A stretch of DNA of 64,000 nt. It comes from Hyphomicrobiaceae bacterium (lineage in GTDB: Bacteria; Pseudomonadota; Alphaproteobacteria; Rhizobiales; Hyphomicrobiaceae). The notes under the pieces were generated by a model. The model was not told the DNA's origin. It ran no database searches and saw only the letters and a program-made list of their open reading frames with translations. Position 1 is the stretch's first letter, and every line of letters begins with the position of its first letter. Made by a program: the position numbers and the translations under genes. The DNA is taken from assembly GCA_041397775.1 (NCBI GenBank), contig JAWKWB010000011.1:27257-91256 (forward strand), in the 5' to 3' direction. This document shows positions 50,476 through 59,567 of the stretch, piece by piece.

Positions 50476-51546
50476 ATGCCAGTCGTGCACCTCAAAGGCC
50501 TGACCCGAGCCTTCGGCGCGTTCAAGGCCGTCGACAATGTCGACCTCGAAATCGCGGACGGCGAGTTCCTCTCGCTGCTCGGCCCTTCGGGCTGCGGCAA
50601 GACGACGACGCTGCGCATGATCGCGGGCTTCATCGACCCCACGGGCGGCACCATCGACGTGGACGGCCGCGTGCTGTCGTCGGCGTCGGGCTCGCTGCCG
50701 CCGGAAAAGCGCGGCATGTCGATGATTTTCCAGAGCTACGCCATCTGGCCGAACATGACAGTGGCCGAGAACGTCGGCTTCGGCCTGGAAATCCGCAAGA
50801 TCCCACGCGAGGACGCCCGAAGGCAGATCGCCGAGGTGCTCGACGTGGTGCAGATGGGGCACCTCGCCAACCGCTACCCGGCCGAGCTGTCGGGCGGCCA
50901 GCAGCAGCGCGTGGCGCTGGCGCGCGCCATCGTCGTGCGTCCCGCCGTCTTGCTTCTGGACGAGCCGCTGTCCAACCTCGATGCCAACCTGCGCGAGGAG
51001 ATGCGCTTCGAGATCCGCCGCCTGCACGAGCAGATCCGCATCACCACGGTCTACGTGACGCATGACCAGGCCGAGGCGATGGCGACATCCGACCGCATCG
51101 CGGTGATGAACAAGGGCCGCATCGAGCAGGTGGACGCGCCCTATACGGTCTACACGCGGCCCAAGACGCGGTTCGTCGCCGGCTTCATCGGCCGCACGAA
51201 CTTCGTCACCGGGCGCAAGAACGGTGGCGACCTGGTGTTCGACGGGTTCGCCGTGCCGACCGCCAGCATCCCGGATGCGCTGCCGGGGACAGCGGAGATC
51301 GACTTCTCGGTGCGTCCGCAGAGCCTGAAACTGGTGCGCGATGCGACAGACGCGGGGGGCGACCGGCTGGCCATCGGCGGCAGTGTCGGCCATCGCACGT
51401 TCCTCGGGGAGTACTGGGACTACACCTTCGATGTCGCGAATTCCGGCCTGAAGCTGAAGGTGGCTGCCCCGCCGTCCGACGTCTTCGAGGTGGGCAGCCC
51501 TGCAGTCCTGGCGCTTGACCCGGCACTGATGGTGGCGCTCGAATAG
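50476..51546 (+). CDS. ABC transporter ATP-binding protein (PotA/FbpC-like with TOBE-type C-terminus)
   Basis: Walker A GPSGCGKTT, LSGGQQQR, LLLDEPLS. The ATG at 50476 follows the permease stop by 1 nt. Confidence 0.9.
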   Translation: MPVVHLKGLTRAFGAFKAVDNVDLEIADGEFLSLLGPSGCGKTTTLRMIAGFIDPTGGTIDVDGRVLSSASGSLPPEKRGMSMIFQSYAIWPNMTVAENVGFGLEIRKIPREDARRQIAEVLDVVQMGHLANRYPAELSGGQQQRVALARAIVVRPAVLLLDEPLSNLDANLREEMRFEIRRLHEQIRITTVYVTHDQAEAMATSDRIAVMNKGRIEQVDAPYTVYTRPKTRFVAGFIGRTNFVTGRKNGGDLVFDGFAVPTASIPDALPGTAEIDFSVRPQSLKLVRDATDAGGDRLAIGGSVGHRTFLGEYWDYTFDVANSGLKLKVAAPPSDVFEVGSPAVLALDPALMVALE

Positions 51547-51599
51547 ACAGCGACCGAAACGCAACGTCCCTCAGAATCCGAAACGCCAAGGAGCGTCCC

Positions 51600-52394
51600 A
51601 TGGATACCGGCACGCCAAAGATGATCGCGCGCAAGGAGAACGGCATCGGCTGGATGATCTTCAACCAGCCCGAGAAGCACAACGCCGTCTCCTATTCGAT
51701 GTGGGTGGCGATCCCCAAGATCATGGCCGCGTTCGAGGCGGATCCGGACGTGCGCGTCATCGTCATGCGCGGGGCTGGCGAAAAGGCGTTCGTCTCGGGC
51801 GCGGACATCTCGGAGTTCGAGGAGAAGCGCGGCAGCGAGGAAGCCGTGAAGACCTACAACGCGGCTGGCGATCTCGCGTCGGAGGTGATCTCGGGCGCCA
51901 GCAAGCCGGTGATCGCCATGATCCAGGGCCTGTGCGTGGGCGGCGGCGTGGCGCTGGCGCTCAACGCCGACATCCGCATCTGCGGCACGAATTCCTACTT
52001 CGCCGTACCCGCCGCCCGGCTGGGCCTGGGCTATCGTTATTCCGGCCTCAAGCGGTTGGTCGATCTAGTCGGCCCGTCCTATGCGAAAGAGATCTTCTTC
52101 ACGGCCGGACGCTTCACGGCCGACGAGGCGCGCATGATGGGCCTCGTCAACCGCGTGGTCGCGCCGGAGGATGTGGAGAAGGCGACCCTGGAGATGGCGT
52201 CGCGCATCGCGGACAACGCGCCGCTGACGATCAAGGCCGCCAAGATGGCCGCGAACGCGGCCGCACAGGACCGGGCCGACCGTAACATCGCCGCCATCGA
52301 CGCCGCGGTCGCCACCTGCTTTGCGAGCGAGGACTACATCGAGGGCCGCCGGGCCTTCATGGAAAAGCGCAAGGCGCAATTCAAGGGGCGCTGA
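51600..52394 (+). CDS. Enoyl-CoA hydratase/isomerase family protein
   Basis: MRGAGEKAFVSGADISEF, GLCVGGG. aaggag RBS. Paralog of 19662-20453. Confidence 0.85.
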   Translation: MDTGTPKMIARKENGIGWMIFNQPEKHNAVSYSMWVAIPKIMAAFEADPDVRVIVMRGAGEKAFVSGADISEFEEKRGSEEAVKTYNAAGDLASEVISGASKPVIAMIQGLCVGGGVALALNADIRICGTNSYFAVPAARLGLGYRYSGLKRLVDLVGPSYAKEIFFTAGRFTADEARMMGLVNRVVAPEDVEKATLEMASRIADNAPLTIKAAKMAANAAAQDRADRNIAAIDAAVATCFASEDYIEGRRAFMEKRKAQFKGR

Positions 52395-52421
52395 GGCGCC
52401 GCTCCGCCGAAGGGGCCGAAC

Positions 52422-53711
52422 ATGACGCAAGCCGCCGTCGTCGGCTCCCTGGTGCGACGATTGCCGTTCTTCTACGGGTGGGTGATCCTCGCCTGCGTCT
52501 GCCTCGCCTCCATCGCACGTACGGGGCCGGCGGTGGCGACGCTGTCGCTGTTCGTCGAACCGATGACGGGCGAGTTCGGCTGGTCGCGGACGGCGCTGTC
52601 GGGTGCCGTTTCGCTGGGCGGCGTGCTGGCCGCACTGTCGTCGCCCTACATCGGCGGCCTCCTGGACCGCAGCGGGCCGCGCCTCATCCTGTGCGCGGCG
52701 GTGATCACCACGTCGGTAACGATCCTGCTGCTGTCGCAGATCAACTCGCTCGTCGCGTTCTATGCGCTGTTCTGCATTGCGCGCCTCAACTTCGCGGGAC
52801 CGTTCGACCTGGGCATCTACGGTGCCGTGAGCAACTGGTTCGTGGCGCGGCGGGCGCTGGCCACCTCGCTGGTGACGCTCGCCGGCATGGCGGGCCTCGT
52901 GATCATGCCGCTGATCGGCTATTTCGCGATGCAGTCGCACGGCTGGCGCGGCGGCTGGCTGGCGGTGGGCACCGCTGTGCTGGTCATCGGGCTGCTGCCG
53001 TGCTGGCTGCTCCTCGTCCGGCGTCCGGAGGATCTCGGGCTGCTGCCGGACGGTGCCGTCGCGGCGACCGTGGCGTCCGATGCGACCGCCGCACGCGCGA
53101 AGGCTGCGCCTGCGGAGGAGCCGGACTTCACACGCGGGGAGGCGATGCGCACGCGGGCATTCTGGATGCTCGCGCTATTCACGGCGATGGTCTACCCGGT
53201 GCAGGCAGGCGTGAGCCTGCATCAGGCCGCGCACCTCGTCGAATCGGGTCTCAGCCCTGCGATCGTCGTTTCCACGGTGACCGTGTTCTCGCTCGGCTCG
53301 GCGGCGCTGGGGCTCGCCTTCGGCGGGCTCATCCGCTGGATCGGCGTCCGCGCCTCCCTCGTACTGACCGGGGCCTTCCTGGCGGCCGGCGCCGGGATCA
53401 TGGCGACCGTTGCGACGCCGACGCAGGCGATGATCGCCGCCACGCTCTTCGGCATGGGGGTGGGCGGCATGCATACGGTGCTGCCCGTCGCCTGGGCCGA
53501 CTATTTCGGGCGCAAGAACTATGGTGCGATCCGCGGCGTCTCACTGACGATCCAGGTCACCGCGCAGGCGGCCGGGCCGCTGCTGTCCGGCGTCCTGCGC
53601 GACGTGTCAGGCAATTATCTCCTGTCTCTGGGCTGCTTCACCGCCTTCGCGTGCCTGAGCATGCTGGCCGGGCTACTGGTGAAGGCCCCCGCGGCGCTTC
53701 GCCGACACTGA
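52422..53711 (+). CDS. MFS transporter
   Basis: 429 aa, 12 predicted TM helices in a two 6-TM-halves arrangement. Confidence 0.8.
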   Translation: MTQAAVVGSLVRRLPFFYGWVILACVCLASIARTGPAVATLSLFVEPMTGEFGWSRTALSGAVSLGGVLAALSSPYIGGLLDRSGPRLILCAAVITTSVTILLLSQINSLVAFYALFCIARLNFAGPFDLGIYGAVSNWFVARRALATSLVTLAGMAGLVIMPLIGYFAMQSHGWRGGWLAVGTAVLVIGLLPCWLLLVRRPEDLGLLPDGAVAATVASDATAARAKAAPAEEPDFTRGEAMRTRAFWMLALFTAMVYPVQAGVSLHQAAHLVESGLSPAIVVSTVTVFSLGSAALGLAFGGLIRWIGVRASLVLTGAFLAAGAGIMATVATPTQAMIAATLFGMGVGGMHTVLPVAWADYFGRKNYGAIRGVSLTIQVTAQAAGPLLSGVLRDVSGNYLLSLGCFTAFACLSMLAGLLVKAPAALRRH

Positions 53712-53891
53712 CCCCGTGCACGGCGGTGCATCGTGACAAACGAACCGCCCCGCGTGCAACAGATCGGGGGAAGATGGCGCCGTGGATCGCGGAACGGCTC
53801 GACTCGGGTGCTCAGGGAACGCATCATGCGTGAAATGACAAAAATCGTTGCTCGCTTGCGGGAGGGCGATCACGTGGCAAGCCTGAAGGTG

Positions 53892-54818
53892 ATGGCGTTC
53901 GTCGGGATCGTGGGCCTCGTGCCTGGCCTGTGCGGGCTGGCGCACGCGCAGGAGATCGAGATTCCGGCAGGCGGGCTCATGTTCGTCAACGACCCGGCCA
54001 TCGCCATCCAGTCGCTCGAAGTCGCGGTTGGGCCGGAGCGCATTCGCATGGCGTACACGCTTCGCAACACGCTCAACGTCCCGCGCGCGATCGTCGTTGC
54101 ATTTCCATTGCCCGATCTCGATGCCGCCGCCATCGGGGAGGAGCGCGTGGCCGTGCCGGCAGCGCAGAGCGACAACTACGTGGCGGCGACGTTCACCGCA
54201 AACGACGTACCGGTGGCGGCCGAGCTGCAGCAGCGGGCTTTGGTGCTCGGCCTCGACGCGACCTCCGTACTCGTCGAGACACAGCTTCCGCTGGTGCCGG
54301 TGCGCAAGGGCGTCCGCGAACGGCTCGCCAAGCTGGCGCCGATCGTGAAGAGCGATCTGCAGCAGCGCGGCATTGCACGCCTGGACGGCGACCGCATCGA
54401 TCCGAACTGGACCTTGAAGACGACGGCCTATTGGCTGCAGCCATTCGAGGCCAACGAGGTGATCACGATCAAGCTGGCCTACCAGCCCATCGTCGCGCAA
54501 ATACCCCTGACGCAGGCTTTCCTCGCCCCCCTGCGCGACGACTACTGCCTCTCGGGCCAGGACGGCGCGACGGTGGCTGGCCGGGCGGCCGTTGCGGGAG
54601 CGAAGGCGCGCGTGACGACGTTGGGCTATCTGGCTTCGAGTACCGGGACGCTGCCCAACGCCATCGCCAACTTCCGCCTGCACATCGAGAAGCCGGAGAT
54701 GGAAACGGTCGTTGCGACGTGCTGGCGCGATCTCAAGCAGCCCGGGCCCACCGTACTCGAGTGGACAGCGACGGATTACTATCCGGACCAGGATCTGCGC
54801 ATTGCGTTCATCCGGTGA
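53892..54818 (+). CDS. Secreted hypothetical protein (possibly DUF4424 family)
   Basis: Start chosen at the ATG at 53892 (gaaggtg RBS), giving signal peptide MAFVGIVGLVPGLCGLAHA. The family call is from memory only. Confidence 0.5.
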   Translation: MAFVGIVGLVPGLCGLAHAQEIEIPAGGLMFVNDPAIAIQSLEVAVGPERIRMAYTLRNTLNVPRAIVVAFPLPDLDAAAIGEERVAVPAAQSDNYVAATFTANDVPVAAELQQRALVLGLDATSVLVETQLPLVPVRKGVRERLAKLAPIVKSDLQQRGIARLDGDRIDPNWTLKTTAYWLQPFEANEVITIKLAYQPIVAQIPLTQAFLAPLRDDYCLSGQDGATVAGRAAVAGAKARVTTLGYLASSTGTLPNAIANFRLHIEKPEMETVVATCWRDLKQPGPTVLEWTATDYYPDQDLRIAFIR

Positions 54819-54848
54819 CCGGGCCTGCGTCGCAGCGATGTTTCGAGA

Positions 54849-56093
54849 TCAGGCTATCTTCGCCCGCTCGCGCTTGCGGATCTCCTGCAGCTCGGGATCC
54901 ATCTTGTCGAACGCGATCAGTGGCGCGAACGTCTGGAAGATGCGGTTCGTCATCCGACCGCGGTGGCGGAAATAGACCCACAGCTTGTCGAGATGGCTGC
55001 CGAGCTTGACCTTCTGCGCGTAGGCGGTCTGGCCGGACTGGTATTTGCCGGCGCCATGTGCGAGCGCGAAACGCACGCCCTCCATCCACGCGAGAAAGAA
55101 GAGGTTGTAGTCGCGACCGATGGGATAGCGCATCCCCCAGAACTTATCGATGATGCGGTCTTTCTCGACGAACATCAGCTTGTAGGCGAGGAGCTGGCCG
55201 TCGACCCGACACAGGACCCAGACCGCGCGGTCGCCCAGCGCCCGGTCGACGTCGCGGAAGTAATCGGGCGTGAGCTGCTCGAAATCGCCGTAGTCGAAGC
55301 GGCTGTTGCGCCGCGTCTCCTCGTAGAGCTCGAAAATCTGCTGCTCAAGGCCGGCGATGGTGCGCGTGACCTCGATGTCCACCTTGGGGCGCGTCTTTAG
55401 CTTGCGGCGCAAGGTCGAGCGGTTGTTGGCCGACAGGCTCTGCACGTACGCGTCCTCGGTACGAAAGGGCAGGTCGAGAACGCACACCGGCAGGCTGGCG
55501 ATGCGGGAGAACCCGGCCGAGGCGATGGCCGAGGCGAGGGGGGGCACGTCCGCGTCGGCCAGATCCTTGATGGCGAGCAGCGGAATGCGATCGGCCTCGG
55601 CCTTGCGGTCCATGCCGGCCAGCAGCGCCTGCATGATGTGGCCGCGTTCGGCGGGATCGGCATCGGGTTCGAAACCCAGATGACAGCGATCGGCGAGCGG
55701 GGACCCCAGCCCCATCACAGGCAAGCCGACGAGCCGCGGCGCCTTTGCGTAAAGCCAGTCGCCGACCGGACGCCAACGACCTTGCAGCGGCATATCCAGC
55801 CGGTAGGTGACATGGAAGACGGGTGCTGCGGCGACGATCCGGCCGCCTTGGCGCACGGTGACGGCCTCGAAACGGAAGCCCGGCAGCGGCGCCTTCTCGA
55901 CGGCCGCGTAGTACGCCCAGCCTTCGGCGTCATCGGGAAAAAGGCGTGTCCAATCCGCCTCGGGCACGGCGGCGACGCCGGGGAGGTGCTCGACGACGAG
56001 TTCCTGGTCGCTCGTGGTGGTCACACGCATCCTCGCCCCTGCAAGACGCCAGAATGGCGCGGCATTCTCGAAAGCCAGCTCTTGCGCCCGCAT
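54849..56093 (-). CDS. FemAB-like / GNAT-fold acyltransferase (DUF482 / BioF2-like type)
   Basis: About 400 aa. C-terminal half resembles peptidoglycan-bridge/acyl-transfer GNAT proteins (YKLMFVEKDRIIDKFWG...YQSGQTAY). Alternative ATG at 56030. Confidence 0.55.
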   Translation of the reverse strand: MRAQELAFENAAPFWRLAGARMRVTTTSDQELVVEHLPGVAAVPEADWTRLFPDDAEGWAYYAAVEKAPLPGFRFEAVTVRQGGRIVAAAPVFHVTYRLDMPLQGRWRPVGDWLYAKAPRLVGLPVMGLGSPLADRCHLGFEPDADPAERGHIMQALLAGMDRKAEADRIPLLAIKDLADADVPPLASAIASAGFSRIASLPVCVLDLPFRTEDAYVQSLSANNRSTLRRKLKTRPKVDIEVTRTIAGLEQQIFELYEETRRNSRFDYGDFEQLTPDYFRDVDRALGDRAVWVLCRVDGQLLAYKLMFVEKDRIIDKFWGMRYPIGRDYNLFFLAWMEGVRFALAHGAGKYQSGQTAYAQKVKLGSHLDKLWVYFRHRGRMTNRIFQTFAPLIAFDKMDPELQEIRKRERAKIA

Positions 56094-56132
56094 TCTGCCG
56101 ACGTTCGGCGGGGCCGCCGCGCCAGTGGCGGG

Positions 56133-56993
56133 TTATTCGGCCGCGCTGATCTGCACCGGCGCAACAGGAGCGGCTTCCTGGAAGCCGATCTTCTTCACCA
56201 GGTCCTGCGCGAAGCGGACGGTCCGATCCACCACTACGTTGCGCTGCCTGTCGAGCGTGATCAGATGGTAGCTGTCTTCCAGGACGAGCATGTCCACCGG
56301 GCCGCCGAGCTTGCGCTGCAGGTACATGGCGTTACTGAGGTCGGCGACGTCGTCGTGGCGGGGATGGATGACGAGGGACGGCGTCTTGATGCTGGGCAAC
56401 TCGCTGCGGATCACCTTGGCGAGGCTGTTGAAGTGGGCGAAGGCGCGAAGCGGCGTGCAGAAGACGCCAGCCTGCGTGCTGTCACCACTCAACATGCTGC
56501 GTACGACGAAGGCGCGAATGCGCTCGTCCTTGATCCCGTAGGGCTCGTGCTCGGGCAGATTGAGGTGAAGCTTCAGCGGCGTCGGGTAAACGAACCGCAG
56601 GATGTGCGCATACCAGGGCATCGACCAGCCGTTCAGCCAGATCGTCGGCGCGAAGAACGCCAAGCCCTGCACCTTCGCGGGATGCTGGTGGGCGAGGTGG
56701 GCCGCCAGCAGTCCGCCCATGGACAAGCCGCCGGCGATGACCACGTCGCAGTGTGCGCGCAGCCGCTCCAGCGCGGCTTCGACGCTGGCGTACCACTCAC
56801 GCCAGGTCGAGTTCTGGAGATCGACAACGCTCGAGCAATGGCCTGCAAGCTGGCAGCAATGCACCGTATAGCCGGCGCGCGCCAAACCCTGAGCTACGAA
56901 ACGCAGCTCCATTGGCGTGCCGCCAAGGCCATGCACCAGAAGGAAACCGACTCTTCCTCCGTGGTGAAACGTACTGGTGTCGCGACTCGTCAT
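56133..56993 (-). CDS. Alpha/beta hydrolase (esterase/lipase type)
   Basis: HGLGGTP oxyanion region, nucleophile elbow GLSMGG, late Asp/His (HPRHDD, SYHLI). Confidence 0.8.
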   Translation of the reverse strand: MTSRDTSTFHHGGRVGFLLVHGLGGTPMELRFVAQGLARAGYTVHCCQLAGHCSSVVDLQNSTWREWYASVEAALERLRAHCDVVIAGGLSMGGLLAAHLAHQHPAKVQGLAFFAPTIWLNGWSMPWYAHILRFVYPTPLKLHLNLPEHEPYGIKDERIRAFVVRSMLSGDSTQAGVFCTPLRAFAHFNSLAKVIRSELPSIKTPSLVIHPRHDDVADLSNAMYLQRKLGGPVDMLVLEDSYHLITLDRQRNVVVDRTVRFAQDLVKKIGFQEAAPVAPVQISAAE

Positions 56994-57118
56994 TTATTGT
57001 TCTATTTCCACTTACTGGCGACTTACGCTCGATCACTATATCACTATCGTCGTCGCGCTGGCTATATCCACGGTCGCTCGCCCCTTCGAGGCCCCGACCG
57101 CCCTTGATTTCCCGGTCG

Positions 57119-58552
57119 TCACGCCGCCGTGGCGCGCTGAAGAACCTGATCGAGAAGGCGCATGGCCAAATCGATTTCGGCACGCGAGATGTGCAGGCTC
57201 GGCGCGAAGGTCACGACGTTCTTGTAGTAACCGCCGATATCGAGCACGAGGCCGTACTTGCGGCCATCGACCTCCAGATCCCCCTTCAAAGCCTCATCGA
57301 CCATCAGATCAGTGATTCGCTTAGAAGGCGTGAAGCTGTCGTGCGGCTCGCAGATCTCCATGCGAAGGGCCAGCCCGAGGCCATCGACATCACCGATGCA
57401 CTTATGTCGCTTCTGCAACTCGCGCAACCCCTCGAGGAAATAGGCGCCGCTGTCGCGCACCATCGTCTCGTAGTCGGTTTCGGCGGTCATGCGCATGACC
57501 TCGAGGGCGACGCCAGTCCCCATCGGGTTGGCGTTGAAGGTCGAGTGCGTGGAGCCCACCGGGAACGTCTGCGGATTGATCAGCTCCTCGCGCGCCCACA
57601 GGCCGGACAACGGGTTGAGGCCGTTCGTGATCGCCTTGCCGAAGACGACGACATCCGGTTTCACGCCGAAGTGCTCGATCGACCAGAGCTTGCCCGTGCG
57701 ATAGATGCCCATCTGGATCTCGTCGACGACGAGCAGCACACCGTACTGATCGAGCACCTTCTTGAGTTCGGCGAAGAAGTTCATCGGCGGCAGCACGTAA
57801 CCGCCGGTGCCCTGCAGCGGCTCGACGTAGAATGCCGCATATTCGCACTGCCCGGACTTGGGATCCCAAAGGCCGTAGTACTCGCTCTCGAAGAGGCGCG
57901 CGAACTGCTGCACGCAGTGGTGGCCGTATTCTTCCTTGGTCATGCCCTTGGGGCCGCGGAAGTGATACGGGAAGGGAATGAACTGGGCACGATCGCCGAA
58001 ATGCCCGTAGCGGCGGCGATAGCGATAGGACGACGTGATCGACGAGGCACCGAGCGTGCGGCCGTGATAGCCGCCCTCGAACGCGAACATCAGGCTCTTG
58101 CCGTTCTTGAAGTTGCGGACGAGCTTGAGGCTATCCTCCACCGCCTGGCTGCCGCCGACGTTGAAGTGGACGCGGCCCTTGAGCCCGAATTTGCGCTCGG
58201 CATCGCGGGCGATGAGCGTCGCCAGCTCGATCTTCTCGCGGTGGAGGTACTGCGAGGCGACCTGCGGCAACGTATCGAGCTGCCGCTTGACCGCGTTGTT
58301 CAGCCGCTCGTTGCGGTAGCCGAAGTTGACCGCCGAATACCACATCTGCAGGTCGAGAAACTCCCGCCCGCGCGAGTCGTACATGAACGAGCCTTCGCAG
58401 CCCGTGAAGATCTTGGCGGGGTTGGTGTAGTGGACCGTGTCGCCGTGCGAGCAGTATTCCGCTTCGAGGGCCAGCAACTCCTCGTCGCTGGGGTTCTGCC
58501 CGACCGCGTCTCCAGCTGCTTGGCCGTTGGCCCAGTGCATCGCCTTGTCCAT
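57119..58552 (-). CDS. Class III (omega-type) PLP-dependent aminotransferase
   Basis: 477 aa. GGSQAVE, VDEIQMG, and PLP-lysine context DVVVFGKAITNG. Confidence 0.85.
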   Translation of the reverse strand: MDKAMHWANGQAAGDAVGQNPSDEELLALEAEYCSHGDTVHYTNPAKIFTGCEGSFMYDSRGREFLDLQMWYSAVNFGYRNERLNNAVKRQLDTLPQVASQYLHREKIELATLIARDAERKFGLKGRVHFNVGGSQAVEDSLKLVRNFKNGKSLMFAFEGGYHGRTLGASSITSSYRYRRRYGHFGDRAQFIPFPYHFRGPKGMTKEEYGHHCVQQFARLFESEYYGLWDPKSGQCEYAAFYVEPLQGTGGYVLPPMNFFAELKKVLDQYGVLLVVDEIQMGIYRTGKLWSIEHFGVKPDVVVFGKAITNGLNPLSGLWAREELINPQTFPVGSTHSTFNANPMGTGVALEVMRMTAETDYETMVRDSGAYFLEGLRELQKRHKCIGDVDGLGLALRMEICEPHDSFTPSKRITDLMVDEALKGDLEVDGRKYGLVLDIGGYYKNVVTFAPSLHISRAEIDLAMRLLDQVLQRATAA

Positions 58553-58555
58553 GGC

Positions 58556-59257
58556 TTACTCGTCTGTGTGAACGAAGTTGTTGTCGTCGGGTTGCCTGCC
58601 AGCCTCGAGCCACGCTGCTAGCAGGCTGGTCGCCTCGTCGAATTGCGCGAAAGCAAAGTGCGGCAGGCCGGATTTTCGGCAATGGGCGACCAGGGATCCT
58701 TTCGCCAGCACCATGTCGACGCGCTCGGCGATGCAGAAATCCGAGCGACCGTCGCCGACCAGGATGCGCCGGCTGCCCGTGGCCGCTTCGGCGAACTGGC
58801 ACTTGCAGTTACCCGAAAGGGCCCGGCAATCGCCCCGCGCATGTGGAAACGTCAGGCGCCAGCGGTCGCCGCCGATCCACTCCAGGTGGTTGGCGACGAA
58901 GGGAACATCGATGCCGTACCGGGCCAGGACGGACCCTACCGTGCGATCGAGGCCGTCCGATACCACCGTCGCGCGCATGCCATGCGCCCGGCACAGGGCG
59001 ACGAAGCCGGGCAGGCCCGGATCGATCTCGATGCCGGCTACGAATGCGTCCATCTCCGCCGGCGTCGCCCGGACGAGGTCCACCTGACGTGCAAGACACT
59101 CTCGCGAGCCGATGGCGCCCGATCGCCAAAGCTCCTCGACGTCATGCCATGCCGGATCGGCGAACCGCTCCAGGAGCAGGTCCGTCGTGTCGAGAGGGGC
59201 TATGGTTCCGTCGAAATCGATGAATACGGAATGCCCCAACCCGGTCGATCGCGCCAT
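58556..59257 (-). CDS. HAD-IB family phosphatase (MtnX / phosphoserine phosphatase-like)
   Basis: DFDGTI motif I, VVSDG motif II, GDGRSD motif III/IV. ATG at 59257 preferred over the GTG at 59263. A 3-nt gap separates it from the aminotransferase gene. Confidence 0.8.
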   Translation of the reverse strand: MARSTGLGHSVFIDFDGTIAPLDTTDLLLERFADPAWHDVEELWRSGAIGSRECLARQVDLVRATPAEMDAFVAGIEIDPGLPGFVALCRAHGMRATVVSDGLDRTVGSVLARYGIDVPFVANHLEWIGGDRWRLTFPHARGDCRALSGNCKCQFAEAATGSRRILVGDGRSDFCIAERVDMVLAKGSLVAHCRKSGLPHFAFAQFDEATSLLAAWLEAGRQPDDNNFVHTDE

Positions 59258-59567
59258 CCCCACGTCTGTCAGCCCCTGCTATCCGCGAGCCTGTTCACCG
59301 CGTCTCGTCGCTGTGCGAGCCGCCTGCGCGAACGAATACTGCGGAATGCTCCAAGTGAAAATCAGTGTCGACTTGTCTCGTTAATGCATTCGCCTGCGAC
59401 GCTGCCAAAATGGGTCAGCATTGCGCGCATGCATTCTGTATTGGCGTCGGCACCACGCGGCGGCGACATGCTGCTCTAGATTTAATCTGTGAACAACATA
59501 ATCGTTTTTCTTGCTTGAGCCGAATTGGCAACAGAAACGAATCGATGCCCGCCACAGCCCGAGCGCG

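Noticed and set aside
48735-50717. 660-aa minus-strand ORF
   Set aside because: It is antisense to the ABC permease and ATPase genes. The same reasoning rejects 25388-27337, 16794-18692, 56753-58621, 36064-37761, 42607-44223, 41225-42619, 4164-6923, 59931-61151 and most other long ORFs that overlap the called genes.
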